From: a virus
Taxonomy: Duplodnaviria; Caudoviricetes
IMG/VR virus record: IMGVR_UViG_3300018012_000099
Reading direction: 5' to 3' (one strand)
Length of the DNA stretch: 64,000 nucleotides
The first letter of the stretch is position 1. Each line of letters begins with the position of its first letter. Positions 46,037 to 56,964 of the stretch are shown here, in pieces. Made by a program: the position numbers and the translations under genes. Below the pieces are notes generated by a model. It was not told the origin of the DNA, did no database searches, and saw nothing but the letters and a program-made list of their open reading frames with translations.

Positions 46037-48240
46037 AGCCACTACGTCTGTACATCAAAGATTTCATGTGTTATGACTGGGTGTATATCGATTTTACGCA
46101 GTTTAGTTCTGCCCTATTAGTAGGTAAAACTGAGGGTAATGATGCAGAAGCCAATGGTGTAGGGAAGACTACTATTTTTAAATCTATCGAATACGTGCTG
46201 TTCAATCAGTCTAATTTCAATCTAGAGAAGATTATCCGAGATGAAGCTCCCGCTTGTAAAGTGGTATTTGACTTCATAGTGGAGGATAAGGAATACAGAC
46301 TTGCGCGCACGCGCACGCGCAAGGGTAGTACTGATCTATCCTTATATGAGAGAACGCCCGAGATCGGACCCGAAGAAGAAGTGTTACACACTAATAGGTA
46401 TGAGGTTCTTTTTGATGACAGGTTTTGGAAAGATTTATCTGGTCGTCGAGCTGCTGACACCGAGAAAGACCTATCCAAACTTCTCAAGATCAATTATAAG
46501 TCTTTCAGGACTTTCGTCCATTTCGTACAGAACGACTTCAATAGCTTAGCTACCGCTACGCCCGAAAAACGTAAAACCATTCTTAAGGATGCTCTCAACC
46601 TAGTGATTTATGCCAAACTAGAGAAGATAGCCAAAGACAAATTTATCTCTCTGTCCCGCGAGCTAGATCGTATACGTACTTTGGTAGAATCGTTAGGCGA
46701 TCCAGAAGAAGAGCTGAGTAAATTCAACATACAATTAGATTCTGTAGAGAATGAATTAGTTGTACGTCAGGAAACATTACAAACCTTAAATGAATCTCTG
46801 AAGGAGGTAAATGCTAAAATAAGCAGTCTGATTATCCAGCATTCCGTTTTGGAAGGCAAGTTTTCTGCTCTACTGAACCGAGAGCAAACACTCATTCAAA
46901 ATAAGGGTAGGTTAGAGATTTCCATCAAGGAATACAATACCAAGAAAACTAATATCATTCAAGATGCTCGCGCATTATTATTGGAGGTAAAGCAGCTAGA
47001 GAAAACACAGGCTCAGTTGGCGGCTATAGACTATTCGCAAATTGATATCTTGAACGAACAGATTGAACAGAAGAAAATATTGGTAACAGAACACAATGTT
47101 AACATTCAGAATAATATGGTTGCCTATGAAGAGTTGAAGATTCCTATGCCTACGGATAGTGTATGTAAACACTGTCGTCAGCCAATGACAGAACAGCATC
47201 GTCAAGAGTGTCGCGCTAAAGATCAGTCTCAGATGGCGGAACTGCAAATCAAGATTAAAGATGGCAAAGTAGCTGTCCATAAGTTGAATATGGAAATTCA
47301 GGCAAGTCAACAGACCATTAGTTCTCTTACTATGTCTAGACAACATTTGGAGGGCGTCAATACTAAGATCGTCACTAAGAAAAAGGAAGTAACTGATAAA
47401 CGCGGTATCCATAATGAATATGCTACTTTATTGGGAAGATACACTATTGAGCTAAAAGACAAAGAAATTGAGATAGAGCAAGTACGGGAAGAATTAAGAC
47501 AATCTTCTATTGAAGAAGCTAAGGTGCTGCAAGACAACATCAAGGTAGAGAAAGATAATGCCACCACGTTTTCTAGTAAGCTTGCAGTAGCTAACAAAGA
47601 AATTACCCATTTTACTAATCATAAAGCTGTTCTATTACACAGCATAGATCAGAAAAAAATGGACAAGCAAAAGAAAACTGACTTGTCTAAATTGATTAAA
47701 GAGCTAGAAGATAAGTTGGGTATGTACCCATTAGTTATCCAAGCTTTTTCTAGTATGGGTATTCCTAATCTCATCATTCATAATATTTTGGACGCTTTGC
47801 AACTAGAAGTTAATAAACTACTTGATCAATTCAAGCCGGGTTTGCAACTTTTCTTTTTTATCGAAAAGACTAAAGGCGATGGTACTGAAGCTGATACATT
47901 AGATATTACCTATCAAGTACATGGTAAAGATCGATATTATGAGCAACTCTCTGGTGCTATGCAGCTAATGGTACTATTTAGCCTAAAATTAGGTATGTCG
48001 TTTTTACTACAGAATTTATTAGGTATTGATATCAAGTTTCTATTACTAGATGAGTTAGACCAATCTCTCAGTAAAGGTAGAGTAGACGCTTTTGCCGACA
48101 TTATTAAATTCCTACAAAAAGATTTCACTATCTTAGTTATTACCCACAACGATCGTTTGAAAGATAGATTTACCCACGCTATTCTGGTGGAGCAGGATAT
48201 AAATATGGTGTCTCGAGCCCGGGTCGTTTCTCAATGGTAA
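46033..48240 (+). CDS. sbcC: SbcC/Rad50-like SMC ATPase
   Basis: 'NGVGKT', Q-loop, Zn hook 'CKHC', signature 'LSGA', Walker B 'LLLDELD', H-loop 'ITHN'. Confidence 0.92.
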   Translation: MKPLRLYIKDFMCYDWVYIDFTQFSSALLVGKTEGNDAEANGVGKTTIFKSIEYVLFNQSNFNLEKIIRDEAPACKVVFDFIVEDKEYRLARTRTRKGSTDLSLYERTPEIGPEEEVLHTNRYEVLFDDRFWKDLSGRRAADTEKDLSKLLKINYKSFRTFVHFVQNDFNSLATATPEKRKTILKDALNLVIYAKLEKIAKDKFISLSRELDRIRTLVESLGDPEEELSKFNIQLDSVENELVVRQETLQTLNESLKEVNAKISSLIIQHSVLEGKFSALLNREQTLIQNKGRLEISIKEYNTKKTNIIQDARALLLEVKQLEKTQAQLAAIDYSQIDILNEQIEQKKILVTEHNVNIQNNMVAYEELKIPMPTDSVCKHCRQPMTEQHRQECRAKDQSQMAELQIKIKDGKVAVHKLNMEIQASQQTISSLTMSRQHLEGVNTKIVTKKKEVTDKRGIHNEYATLLGRYTIELKDKEIEIEQVREELRQSSIEEAKVLQDNIKVEKDNATTFSSKLAVANKEITHFTNHKAVLLHSIDQKKMDKQKKTDLSKLIKELEDKLGMYPLVIQAFSSMGIPNLIIHNILDALQLEVNKLLDQFKPGLQLFFFIEKTKGDGTEADTLDITYQVHGKDRYYEQLSGAMQLMVLFSLKLGMSFLLQNLLGIDIKFLLLDELDQSLSKGRVDAFADIIKFLQKDFTILVITHNDRLKDRFTHAILVEQDINMVSRARVVSQW

Positions 48241-48340
48241 GATTTTTATGGAAATATACTAATAATTGGATATATGTATTGCAGCTGCTCACTTCGTATC
48301 ACAAAGATATGCAACTAATACGGCTACAAAGGATATAAAA

Positions 48341-49141
48341 ATGACTAATTTAACACAACAAATTGTGCTTAAAATCAGCCCAGAACTCAACTCTTTACTC
48401 GACAAAGCGTTTGAAAAGTCAGTACAAGAAACTGGAAATCCTCCCACGCGCTCTGATTATGTGCGCAGCATTTTGGAGAAGCACTGCGTCAGCGAATTAA
48501 AACAATACAAGTCAGTGGCTAATTTTTACGTCAAAGATGAACTATTGAATAAAGTCATTTGGACACTCCTTTGCAGAATTTATCAGGGAAGCTTGCCACA
48601 ACAAAATCCATTTAGAGCATTACATTTGACTGACTTTGTTGTAGGCGCCAGAATTGGTGTTGAAGAGATTTTTTATTATCTCAAAGATAGGGGTATCGTT
48701 GATTTAGATAAAGATAATAATGGCTCTCTCTCTTTACGTTTACGCGTTGCACCGTTGCAAGAAGCAATGCAGAGTGTATATTATAATAATATTCAGGAAC
48801 TAAAAAATATTGCCAGCGACAATATCGTCTATAGCAACGAAATGCTCAATTTTATTAAGATGATTAAGTTATGGAACAAACCAGAAAATAAATATTCTGT
48901 TGGGGATATGTGCATGTTTTCTTTTCATTTACCGCAAGCAAAACCTAATTTGAGCAACAATGGATTCATTATAACCAAAGATTCTTCCACACTCATTCCT
49001 AATGAGTGGTTTGTCAGAGACGTATTGAATGATAGTCCATCAGAATATGCTAGACAATTATGGGATATTTCAAGAAAAGGTGATGAACATGAAAATGAAT
49101 TGTATATAACTTATCCTGATATTTATATTGGTCAAAAATAA
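48341..49141 (+). CDS. Hypothetical with N-terminal ribbon-helix-helix-like domain
   Basis: 'QIVLKISPELNSLLD...TRSDYVRSILEKH'. Confidence 0.5.
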   Translation: MTNLTQQIVLKISPELNSLLDKAFEKSVQETGNPPTRSDYVRSILEKHCVSELKQYKSVANFYVKDELLNKVIWTLLCRIYQGSLPQQNPFRALHLTDFVVGARIGVEEIFYYLKDRGIVDLDKDNNGSLSLRLRVAPLQEAMQSVYYNNIQELKNIASDNIVYSNEMLNFIKMIKLWNKPENKYSVGDMCMFSFHLPQAKPNLSNNGFIITKDSSTLIPNEWFVRDVLNDSPSEYARQLWDISRKGDEHENELYITYPDIYIGQK

Positions 49142-49143
49142 AT

Positions 49144-49731
49144 ATGTATAAAATATATGTTCATCAAAACAAATCCAATCTAAAAATTTATGTTGGGTTC
49201 ACCAAAAATACTATTAAAAGATGGCGAGACACGAAGAGTAATGCATTCAATACAAAATTTAAAGAGTATAACGATCCGTTGTATCGTGCTATCCGCAAAT
49301 ATGGTTGGGATGGGTTTACCCATAATGTATGGGAAGAATTTGATAACAAAGATGATGCGTTAGAAGCAGAAAAATTTTGGATAGAGTTTTTTCGTTCTAA
49401 TATAAAAGTGTATGGTAATGACTATGGATACAATATGCATGAAGGTGGGAATTTACCTCCTATCGCCAAACCTGGACAAGGTAAAGGCAGAACTCATTCA
49501 TCAGAAACTAAACAAAAAATATCTATAAGTAAAATTGGTAATACTAATAGTTTGGGACACAAAGCATCTAATATTACTAAACAAAAAATGTCAGCAAGTG
49601 CTAAAAATAAACCAAAATCAGAAGAAGCAAAAAAGAACATGTCAAATGCAAAAAAGAAAGAAAAACATCCCAATTTTGGTAAGACTTGGAAAAAGATAAA
49701 TGGTAAAAGAATTTATATGGAGAAAAGGTAA
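49144..49731 (+). mobile_element. GIY-YIG homing endonuclease with NUMOD3-like repeats
   Basis: 'YKIY...IYVGFT...R...LYRAIRKYGW..F...E.FWI...GYN'; 'HSSETKQKIS' repeats. Confidence 0.88.
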
Positions 49732-50330
49732 TGTACCGCATAGCGATAACTGGGAAGGCAAATTGTGGTAAAAATACTTTAAGTAGAATGTTGATTAGAC
49801 TTCTTCGCGATCAAAAAGGTCACTATATAAGTGCCAAACAATTAGCATTTGCCGATCCCATTAAAGAAATGATTAGGCAAATGCTTCCTACTTTACCTAA
49901 AAAATACCTTTATGGCCCTTCTAAATTTCGCAATGAATTTATTCCGGGTGCTTTTAAAGATGGTCAACCTCTAACTATTCGTCAGTTGTTAAAAGACATA
50001 GGAACTGAAATGGGTAGAAATTATATGCCTGCTGTTTGGTTAAATAATTTTGACTATCGTTTTGAACAAGTGAAACATCGTAGTATTGTTATAGTAACTG
50101 ATGTTCGCTTTCGTAATGAATTTGAACATTTGCGTCGAAAGGGTTTCTATCAAATTAGATTGTATCGTAATACAGGTGCGTCTGCACCCACGGACGTACA
50201 TGTTAGTGAGACCGATCAAGATTCTATTGCCGATCATGAATTTGATTATATATTACATAATGATTACGCTCTTCGAGATTTGAAAGCAGAAGTAGTCAAT
50301 CAGATAATACCGAGACTGTACGATGTCTAA
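49731..50330 (+). CDS. Deoxynucleoside monophosphate kinase (phage type)
   Basis: 'ITGKANCGKNT', 'AFADPIK', 'RQLL..IGTE.GR', 'VTDVRFRNE', 'H.SE'. Confidence 0.85.
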   Translation: MYRIAITGKANCGKNTLSRMLIRLLRDQKGHYISAKQLAFADPIKEMIRQMLPTLPKKYLYGPSKFRNEFIPGAFKDGQPLTIRQLLKDIGTEMGRNYMPAVWLNNFDYRFEQVKHRSIVIVTDVRFRNEFEHLRRKGFYQIRLYRNTGASAPTDVHVSETDQDSIADHEFDYILHNDYALRDLKAEVVNQIIPRLYDV

Positions 50331-50357
50331 AATGTAATATTTTGGTATACAGGTACA

Positions 50358-50672
50358 ATGAGCGCGGATCTTTTAAAGCAGGAATTTGTACCTAAATATT
50401 TAGAAAGTGGAGATGTTAAATTCTATCACTTTTTGCTGTTTTATGCTGTAAATAAGATGGTATTAATTGAACAGGGATTTGCTAAGTGCCTCACCCCTGA
50501 TATTGCATTTTTAGAGTGTCATGATCAATTTATAATTCTGTATAGAAGAGAGGGTGAAGAGTATTATTTACATATGGCTCGTGCTTTTCGCAAGGCAGCA
50601 CATAAACTTTATCGCGTTATGTTAAAGAAAAAATTAGCGACTTACAACCCACGATTTCTGAACTTGGTATGA
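50358..50672 (+). CDS. Hypothetical protein
   Basis: 104-aa ORF. Confidence 0.6.
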   Translation: MSADLLKQEFVPKYLESGDVKFYHFLLFYAVNKMVLIEQGFAKCLTPDIAFLECHDQFIILYRREGEEYYLHMARAFRKAAHKLYRVMLKKKLATYNPRFLNLV

Positions 50673-50673
50673 T

Positions 50674-51381
50674 ATGGAAACGAAAATATGTAGAACATGT
50701 AAAATAGAAAAAGAGGTTTCGTTTTTTAGGCAGAGGCATAATAAAAAACGAAACAAAATATACCGCAATAACGAGTGTATTGAGTGTCAAAGATTATATT
50801 GGGAAACCGAAGAATATAAAAATAGTAGAAAAATTTATTATCAAGAAAATAAAATAGAAATAAATAAACAACATCGTGAGTATAATGTTCTACACATAGA
50901 AGAAAAAAAAGAAAGAAGTAAACTTTATTATCAAGATAATAAGGATTCTATAAGAATTGTTCAGAAACAATATATTAAAAGACGAAGAAAAAATGATGTG
51001 TCTTTTAGATTAGGAGCCAGCGTATCTAAATCTATCAATAGAGCCATCAAATTGAATGGTAGTTTGAAATCTGGGAAATCGACATTTAAATATTTACCAT
51101 ATTCCAAAAAAGACCTAAAGGAACATCTTGAAAGACAATTTGAACCGTGGATGACTTGGGATAATTATGGTATTTATGATAGTAATGTTTGGAATGATGA
51201 TGATCCAAATACTTGGACATGGAATATCGATCATGTTATTCCTCATTCAGAATTTAAGTATGCCTCTATGGAAGATAATGAATTCAAACAATGTTGGGCT
51301 TTATCTAATCTTCGTCCGTTATCTGCTAAACAGAATTGGTTAGAAGGAATAAATAGATCTAGACATAAAGGTGATAGGTAA
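50674..51381 (+). mobile_element. HNH homing endonuclease, repeated family copy 4
   Basis: CRTC..CIEC; 'WDNYG...WTWNIDHVIP...CWALSNLRPLSAKQN'. Confidence 0.88.
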
Positions 51382-52380
51382 ATGTCTCAAGTTATTAGTA
51401 TTACAATTACAGCTTCTTCCGAACAAGTAGTATCCGGCATTCCCAAAACAGTGTCTATTAGTACCAATGTACCCGCTACTATTTTTTATACTTTAGATGG
51501 GACTGTACCTACATTATTCTCATCTATGTATGTTGGACCGATTTTTTTGCCATATGCACAATTTATTGTGACTCTTAATGTTATGGCAACTAATGGTACT
51601 GATTTTTCTCCTACCGTAACAGAGGTTTATCAAACCGATATGGTGGATGGTAACGTACGCTTGCCTCATTCGGGTACAGATGCCCAACCAGGCGGTTTGT
51701 TTCCTAATGCTTATCCATTTGGTAATCCGCCATTTCAACCTAAACAAGAATTTACTAATCCAGCCACTCAGGGTGTAACGGTTTACGATCCTACTCTACC
51801 AGCCACGCCAACCGGTTTTAATGCGGATGGTTATCCAACTGGTTTTACCAATCAACCTTGGAACATAGAAAATTATCAGATTCCGTACTCTACCACTAAT
51901 GCTGAAGGACAAATGGGTCCAGGTATTGGGACGCTACCAGCTAATGTCTCCTACAACCCAAATTATGATCCAGCTTATGATGGTGAAGAAACCGAACAGT
52001 TTACTTCTACTTTTAATCCTAAAGCTTTAGTTATTTTTCAAGATTTCAGCAAAGAAAATCCTGATGACCCTCCGCAAATAAATCGTGCTAACTTTACTTT
52101 GGAAAATACAGAGCGAGCCCGCGATGGTACATATTACTTTAACAGTGGTCCCGATGGTGCCCCGCCCCCAAGTGGCACTTTTATTACCGCCAAGTACAAT
52201 CCAAGAACTAATGAAATAACACATTACTATCGTGACTCTTGGTCAGGACAATGGATAATTAGCACGGCGCCATTTGTACCAAATGGTGGTGCATATGATG
52301 GTAATTTGGCCCAGATGCCGATTGCTTGGCAGGGACGCGTTTTTGAATGGATCCCCTTCCAGCGTAGGGTGTTATTTTAA
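51382..52380 (+). CDS. Hypothetical with N-terminal FN3-associated/chitobiase-like beta domain, possibly virion-associated
   Basis: 'STNVPATIFYTLDGTVPT..S.MY.GPI.L'; the rest is P/G/T-rich. Confidence 0.55.
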   Translation: MSQVISITITASSEQVVSGIPKTVSISTNVPATIFYTLDGTVPTLFSSMYVGPIFLPYAQFIVTLNVMATNGTDFSPTVTEVYQTDMVDGNVRLPHSGTDAQPGGLFPNAYPFGNPPFQPKQEFTNPATQGVTVYDPTLPATPTGFNADGYPTGFTNQPWNIENYQIPYSTTNAEGQMGPGIGTLPANVSYNPNYDPAYDGEETEQFTSTFNPKALVIFQDFSKENPDDPPQINRANFTLENTERARDGTYYFNSGPDGAPPPSGTFITAKYNPRTNEITHYYRDSWSGQWIISTAPFVPNGGAYDGNLAQMPIAWQGRVFEWIPFQRRVLF

Positions 52381-52384
52381 GAAA

Positions 52385-52696
52385 ATGATTATTAAATTTA
52401 GTTCTAAGATTGAATTAAATGGTTGGCATCAAAATAGTTCTTATATGGACCCAATTTATGTCAGAAAACTGATACCATATGAAGATTATGATGAAGTAAT
52501 AGTAATATCAGTTAGACGCCATATAGCATCTATTGATAAATGTTATGCTAATTTCTATTCACCATTATCATTTTTACATAATTATTTCCCGCCCAATTTG
52601 AAAGAGCCTTTTTATATTGAGGGCAATCTAGATTTTGCTAAAAATTATGTTGATAATTTTTTGATTAGGATGAGTGGGCTCAGAGCTTTTCTCTGA
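52385..52696 (+). CDS. Hypothetical protein
   Basis: ATG 52385. Confidence 0.4.
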   Translation: MIIKFSSKIELNGWHQNSSYMDPIYVRKLIPYEDYDEVIVISVRRHIASIDKCYANFYSPLSFLHNYFPPNLKEPFYIEGNLDFAKNYVDNFLIRMSGLRAFL

Positions 52697-52718
52697 TTAT
52701 AGTGATATATACGAAAGT

Positions 52719-53432
52719 ATGACTGTGCCATCACCCGTATGTAAATTGTGTGGAGAGACCGATGTTTCTCAATTTCGCCAACGAACGATCAGTGGGAAAA
52801 TGTATTATGTGAAATATTGTCGAGCATGTGAGGCAAAATTATCCAGAGAATATCATGCCGCCCACAAAGAAGAGCGCGCGCAATATCAAAAGAAATACAT
52901 AGCCGAAAACAAAGATATAGTCAGAGAGAAGAAAAAAGAATACGACAAAAACCACTATCCCCTTATTAAGGAAGATAAGGCTCTTTATGATAAAGAATAT
53001 GCTAAAAACAATAGAGATGTAATAAATAATAATAGAAAGAACAGAAGGAAAAATGATCCAACTTATAAATTGAGTCATTATATTTCCGGTAGAATACGAA
53101 AAATATTAGGCAAGTTTGGACACAAAAAGAAAGGTTCTTGTATTAATCATTTAGATTATTCTTTTCAGGAATTAAAAGAACATATCGAACAACAATTTGA
53201 ATCTTGGATGAATTGGGATAATCAGGGCGTATACGATCCAGAAACCTGGGATGATAATGATCCTTCCACTTGGAAATGGCAATTGGATCATATAATTCCA
53301 GTTTCTACTTTTAATTATACTTCTATGGAAGATGAAGAATTTAAAAAATGTTGGGCGCTCACCAATTTGAGACCCCTATCTGCAAAGCAAAACCATTTAG
53401 ATGGTGTGAAAAGAATTAGACATGGTAAATGA
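52719..53432 (+). mobile_element. HNH homing endonuclease, repeated family copy 5
   Basis: CKLC..CRAC; 'WDNQG...WKWQLDHIIP...CWALTNLRPLSAKQN'. ATG 52719 is in frame with the track ORF. Confidence 0.88.
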
Positions 53433-54216
53433 TCAGTTAGATTTCAGATTAAGTGTTTCCAAAGTCAAGACATTTAATCAATGTAAGAAACAATATGAGT
53501 TCAATTATATTGTTAAACTACCAAAGAAAGATCGTGATTACCATATTTTTGGTAAGTTCTGCCATCGCGTGCTGGAAGTGTTTCATAACTATTATTTAGA
53601 AGGTTGCTTGTTACCTTACAACATGTCCATGACTGACGCTTTCAAGGTAGCTTGGGCAGAATTTAAAGACAAGATGACTCCCGAAATGAAGAAGGAGTGC
53701 TGGCAATTAGTGGATAAATATTTGCGCATCGTCAGTAAGAATAAGGCAAACAATTTGCCTGCCAACGTCATCGCTTGCGAAAAAAGATTTGAGCTACCCC
53801 TGACGGAAAATATTATTTTAAATGGAGCAATTGACAGAATTCAGTTGGATGCCGATAATGTAGTGCACGTTTGTGATTATAAGACGATCAAAAACAAAAA
53901 ATACCTAAAAGACGACTGGTTCCAATTAATAACATATGCTTTTGTTATAGTCAACGAAGATCCGTCGATCGAGAAGGTGCGCGGTTCGTATATTCTTCTC
54001 CGACATGATTTTGAATATATTACTAAAGAATTTACTAAAAAGGAAATTCTCAAAGTCAAGAATCAGTATGAAAAATATGCAGAACAGATTTTAGCAGAAA
54101 AGAATTTTGAGCCAAGTCCGTCAGCTTTGTGCAATTTTTGTGATTTCTTAGATCACTGCCCGGCGGGCAAGAGTAAAGCATTTGGTCAAAGTATTTATGG
54201 TGAAGTAAGCTGGTAA
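53422..54216 (+). CDS. PD-(D/E)XK nuclease (RecB/Cas4-like, Fe-S cysteines)
   Basis: 'LSVSKV..F.QC', 'G...H..LE', 'GAIDRI', 'DYKT', 'QL..YA', 'C.FC.F..HC'. Confidence 0.88.
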   Translation: MVNDQLDFRLSVSKVKTFNQCKKQYEFNYIVKLPKKDRDYHIFGKFCHRVLEVFHNYYLEGCLLPYNMSMTDAFKVAWAEFKDKMTPEMKKECWQLVDKYLRIVSKNKANNLPANVIACEKRFELPLTENIILNGAIDRIQLDADNVVHVCDYKTIKNKKYLKDDWFQLITYAFVIVNEDPSIEKVRGSYILLRHDFEYITKEFTKKEILKVKNQYEKYAEQILAEKNFEPSPSALCNFCDFLDHCPAGKSKAFGQSIYGEVSW

Positions 54217-54239
54217 GAGGGAATAATTAAGAGGGAATA

Positions 54240-54452
54240 ATGGATTACGAAGAAGTTAAATTTCTTATTATAAACGGGCTTACTATTGAAATAGGCGACA
54301 AATTAGCTTGTTCATGCAAATATGAAGTAATTCGTTTGTATCCAGTTTGGCATATTGAAACCAAACAACATCTGCCAGAGCACCCCAATAATCACTTTAT
54401 GTATCAGCAAATAATTGATGTAAATTGTCCTGTTCATAATTTAAGGAAATAA
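54240..54452 (+). CDS. Hypothetical protein
   Basis: GAGG RBS. Confidence 0.45.
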   Translation: MDYEEVKFLIINGLTIEIGDKLACSCKYEVIRLYPVWHIETKQHLPEHPNNHFMYQQIIDVNCPVHNLRK

Positions 54453-54453
54453 A

Positions 54454-55701
54454 ATGGAAATCGAACTAAAAGAATTAGAACCGTGTAAATTGTCTGTCCA
54501 TGTTAAAGCAAATTTTCTGGAAATCTCGGACAAAAGAGTAGAAGTAGAAGGGGCTTTCAAAAAAGCGCCCGTTCCTGGTTTTCGTCCTGGTAAAGCATCG
54601 GCTGATGCCATTAGAATACACTATCGTCAGCAAATTGAAGATTCTTTGAAAAGAGCTTTGGCAGAAGATGCCTATCACAATGCTATTTTTGAAAAGAAGC
54701 TGCGCCCCCATGGTGCTCCCAAGTTCAATAGTTTTCTATTGGATGGCGGTTCTTTTACCTGTGAGTTTGAGTTATTTACCAAACCAGATTTTGAGATTTC
54801 TCCGTATCAAAATATGGAAATACCCAAGCCCGTTGAAGCGGAAAATGCTACCGAGGTAGCGGAGAAAATGCTACAAGAATTGCGCGTACGTTTGGGCGAT
54901 GTAGCGCCATATGCCGATACTGATTTCGTACAACAGGGTGACAATGTTATTTTGGATTATGAAGGATCTATTGATGGTGCCGCGGTACCGGGTTTGATGG
55001 GAACCGGAGAAATGATTACTATCGGCAATAATTTCATTCCAGATTTCGATTCTAACCTACTAGGTATGACCACGGGAGAAACCCGTGAGTTTGATATTCA
55101 TGCTCCAACGGAAAGCCTACCTTCTATCGCTGGTAAAACAGTACATTTTAAGGTAACTTTGACTACTGGTGCTAAGACTACGCCCTGCCCATTAAACGAT
55201 GAGTTGGCTACTAGGATGGGTAAAAAAGACTTTAATGAACTACGCGAGCATGTGCAGGCGGCTGCGACTGGACGTGTCGCTAACAATTTTAAGATGGCTT
55301 TGCATGATACCGTAGCTAAACGTTTGGTGGCTGACAATACTATCAATGTCCCTAATTGGATGGCTCTTTCTGAAGCGCGCTATCTGGCTCATCAATCTCA
55401 ACTAAATTGGGATGTGATGGTGGATACTGATAAAGAAAAGTTTTTAGAGATGGCTACTAAGAATGTCAAATTATCTTTAGTTCTAGATAAAATTAGAGAG
55501 CTAGAAATAGAATCGCAATTGAGCGATCAAGAAGTATTTGAAATCATCAAAGAAAATTTGGCTAGAACCAAAGTACAGAAGCCTTTGGATGAAGTCATTC
55601 AAGAAATGAATAGAACAGGGTATCTGCAGATTTTGTTCTCTCGTATTAGAGATGAGCACACCATGAATTACGTCACTAAATTAATTAAGGTTATTGAATA
55701 A
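54454..55701 (+). CDS. tig: Trigger factor
   Basis: Ribosome-binding 'PGFRPGKA', FKBP domain 'GDNVILDYEG.IDG', 'FIPDFDSNLLGM..GE'. Confidence 0.93.
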   Translation: MEIELKELEPCKLSVHVKANFLEISDKRVEVEGAFKKAPVPGFRPGKASADAIRIHYRQQIEDSLKRALAEDAYHNAIFEKKLRPHGAPKFNSFLLDGGSFTCEFELFTKPDFEISPYQNMEIPKPVEAENATEVAEKMLQELRVRLGDVAPYADTDFVQQGDNVILDYEGSIDGAAVPGLMGTGEMITIGNNFIPDFDSNLLGMTTGETREFDIHAPTESLPSIAGKTVHFKVTLTTGAKTTPCPLNDELATRMGKKDFNELREHVQAAATGRVANNFKMALHDTVAKRLVADNTINVPNWMALSEARYLAHQSQLNWDVMVDTDKEKFLEMATKNVKLSLVLDKIRELEIESQLSDQEVFEIIKENLARTKVQKPLDEVIQEMNRTGYLQILFSRIRDEHTMNYVTKLIKVIE

Positions 55702-55714
55702 CAGGAGTAATAAG

Positions 55715-56029
55715 ATGGCTACCGTACAAGCAAGCGTGACTGGTTTAGCAAAGAAATGGGATGACATCATTAAGAAGATGCCAGAGTTCAAAGACGTGGC
55801 AGATGCTGCCAGTGTAGATGAATTGAAAAAGATTATCGTGGAATGTGAAGGTAACATTTACACGGTAGAGAAGGAGATGGAAGCCGATATGAAGTTAGCT
55901 GGCTATAAAGAGGCTGTCAAAGAGGCGTCTGCCCCTTATCGCGACGGTAAGAAAGCTCAACAAGCCAAGATCCAATATGCGCTCTTTCTTCTAGAAGGTA
56001 AGGGAGTGGATCTCAATAACAAGGATTAA
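55715..56029 (+). CDS. Hypothetical coiled-coil protein
   Basis: AGGAG RBS. Confidence 0.6.
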   Translation: MATVQASVTGLAKKWDDIIKKMPEFKDVADAASVDELKKIIVECEGNIYTVEKEMEADMKLAGYKEAVKEASAPYRDGKKAQQAKIQYALFLLEGKGVDLNNKD

Positions 56030-56030
56030 A

Positions 56031-56309
56031 ATGAAAGTTGAGAGAATTATTGTTCAAGCATGTTGTGGTAAGACCGGGATCGTTCTCAAAATCGACCGTT
56101 CTATTACCACAGAATTCCTCAAAGCCCTTATAGAGAAAGGTTTTACGGAAGCCCCCAACTTTACCAAGGCAGGTTTGCTGTATGTGGATAATCTGGACTT
56201 GATAGTAACGGGGTCGCTTGGGACAGATAGGCTCCACGTTAAGTGCAAGTATAAAGATTGCGATAAAAAACTTAATGAATTGGAGGGGTTACTCCTCCAA
56301 ATGGAGTAA
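56031..56309 (+). CDS. Hypothetical protein
   Basis: AAGGA RBS. Confidence 0.6.
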   Translation: MKVERIIVQACCGKTGIVLKIDRSITTEFLKALIEKGFTEAPNFTKAGLLYVDNLDLIVTGSLGTDRLHVKCKYKDCDKKLNELEGLLLQME

Positions 56310-56310
56310 T

Positions 56311-56916
56311 ATGGCAAAGGGTGCTTCTATCAATGAAGTAAGAAAGAAAGTCACCAAAACCTATGAATTGATTAGTACAAGCTATCACGAAGCTGGTCAT
56401 ACTATATTTGCCTTATTTCATCGTATGAAGGTGAATTCTGTTTATGTTTTTGAACATAAGATATTAAAAAGAATTCACGGATTTACCCAATACGAATGTG
56501 GTAATTCGGAAGAAAATACTAATATTACCGCGCTATTAGAGCAAGAAATTGGTTTAAGTTATGCCGGTTTACTTGCTGAAAAGCATCATTTCAAGAGTAT
56601 TTCTGGTTCTGACCAGGTACCAATGTTTATTAAAGAAGGTTCTTCCGACGATTTACTGGCTATCAGACAAATTATACAAAAGTATAATCCAGTTCCTGCC
56701 GGCAAGGAGCGCAATGCTTACAAGAAGAAGATAGCAAGAAAATCACTGACTATGCTAATAGAACACTGGGAAGCCATAGATTTAGTTGCCCATAGCTTGT
56801 TTAAGCATAAAAGATTGTCTTATCAGGATTTGAAGGTATTACTGACCACTAAGTCCCGCAATAGGAAGTTCTGGAAAGAGACATTCAAAGAAATTGACCA
56901 AATTTTTCCTGAATGA
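56311..56916 (+). CDS. Stand-alone M41 (FtsH protease domain)-like metallopeptidase
   Basis: 'TSYHEAGHT' HExxH; 'YAGLLAE', 'GSSDD'. Confidence 0.7.
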   Translation: MAKGASINEVRKKVTKTYELISTSYHEAGHTIFALFHRMKVNSVYVFEHKILKRIHGFTQYECGNSEENTNITALLEQEIGLSYAGLLAEKHHFKSISGSDQVPMFIKEGSSDDLLAIRQIIQKYNPVPAGKERNAYKKKIARKSLTMLIEHWEAIDLVAHSLFKHKRLSYQDLKVLLTTKSRNRKFWKETFKEIDQIFPE

Positions 56917-56923
56917 TCTCTCC

Positions 56924-56951
56924 TTGACAAAAAAGATATAGAATTTAAATT
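56924..56951 (+). promoter_or_regulatory. Candidate sigma70 promoter for dnaE
   Basis: TTGACA (56924) - 16 nt - TAAATT (56946). Confidence 0.4.
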
Positions 56952-56964
56952 GTCCATTTTAACC

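Noticed and set aside
46303-46320. GCGCAC-type short tandem repeat
   Set aside because: It simply encodes ARTRTR within sbcC, with no phase-variation evidence.
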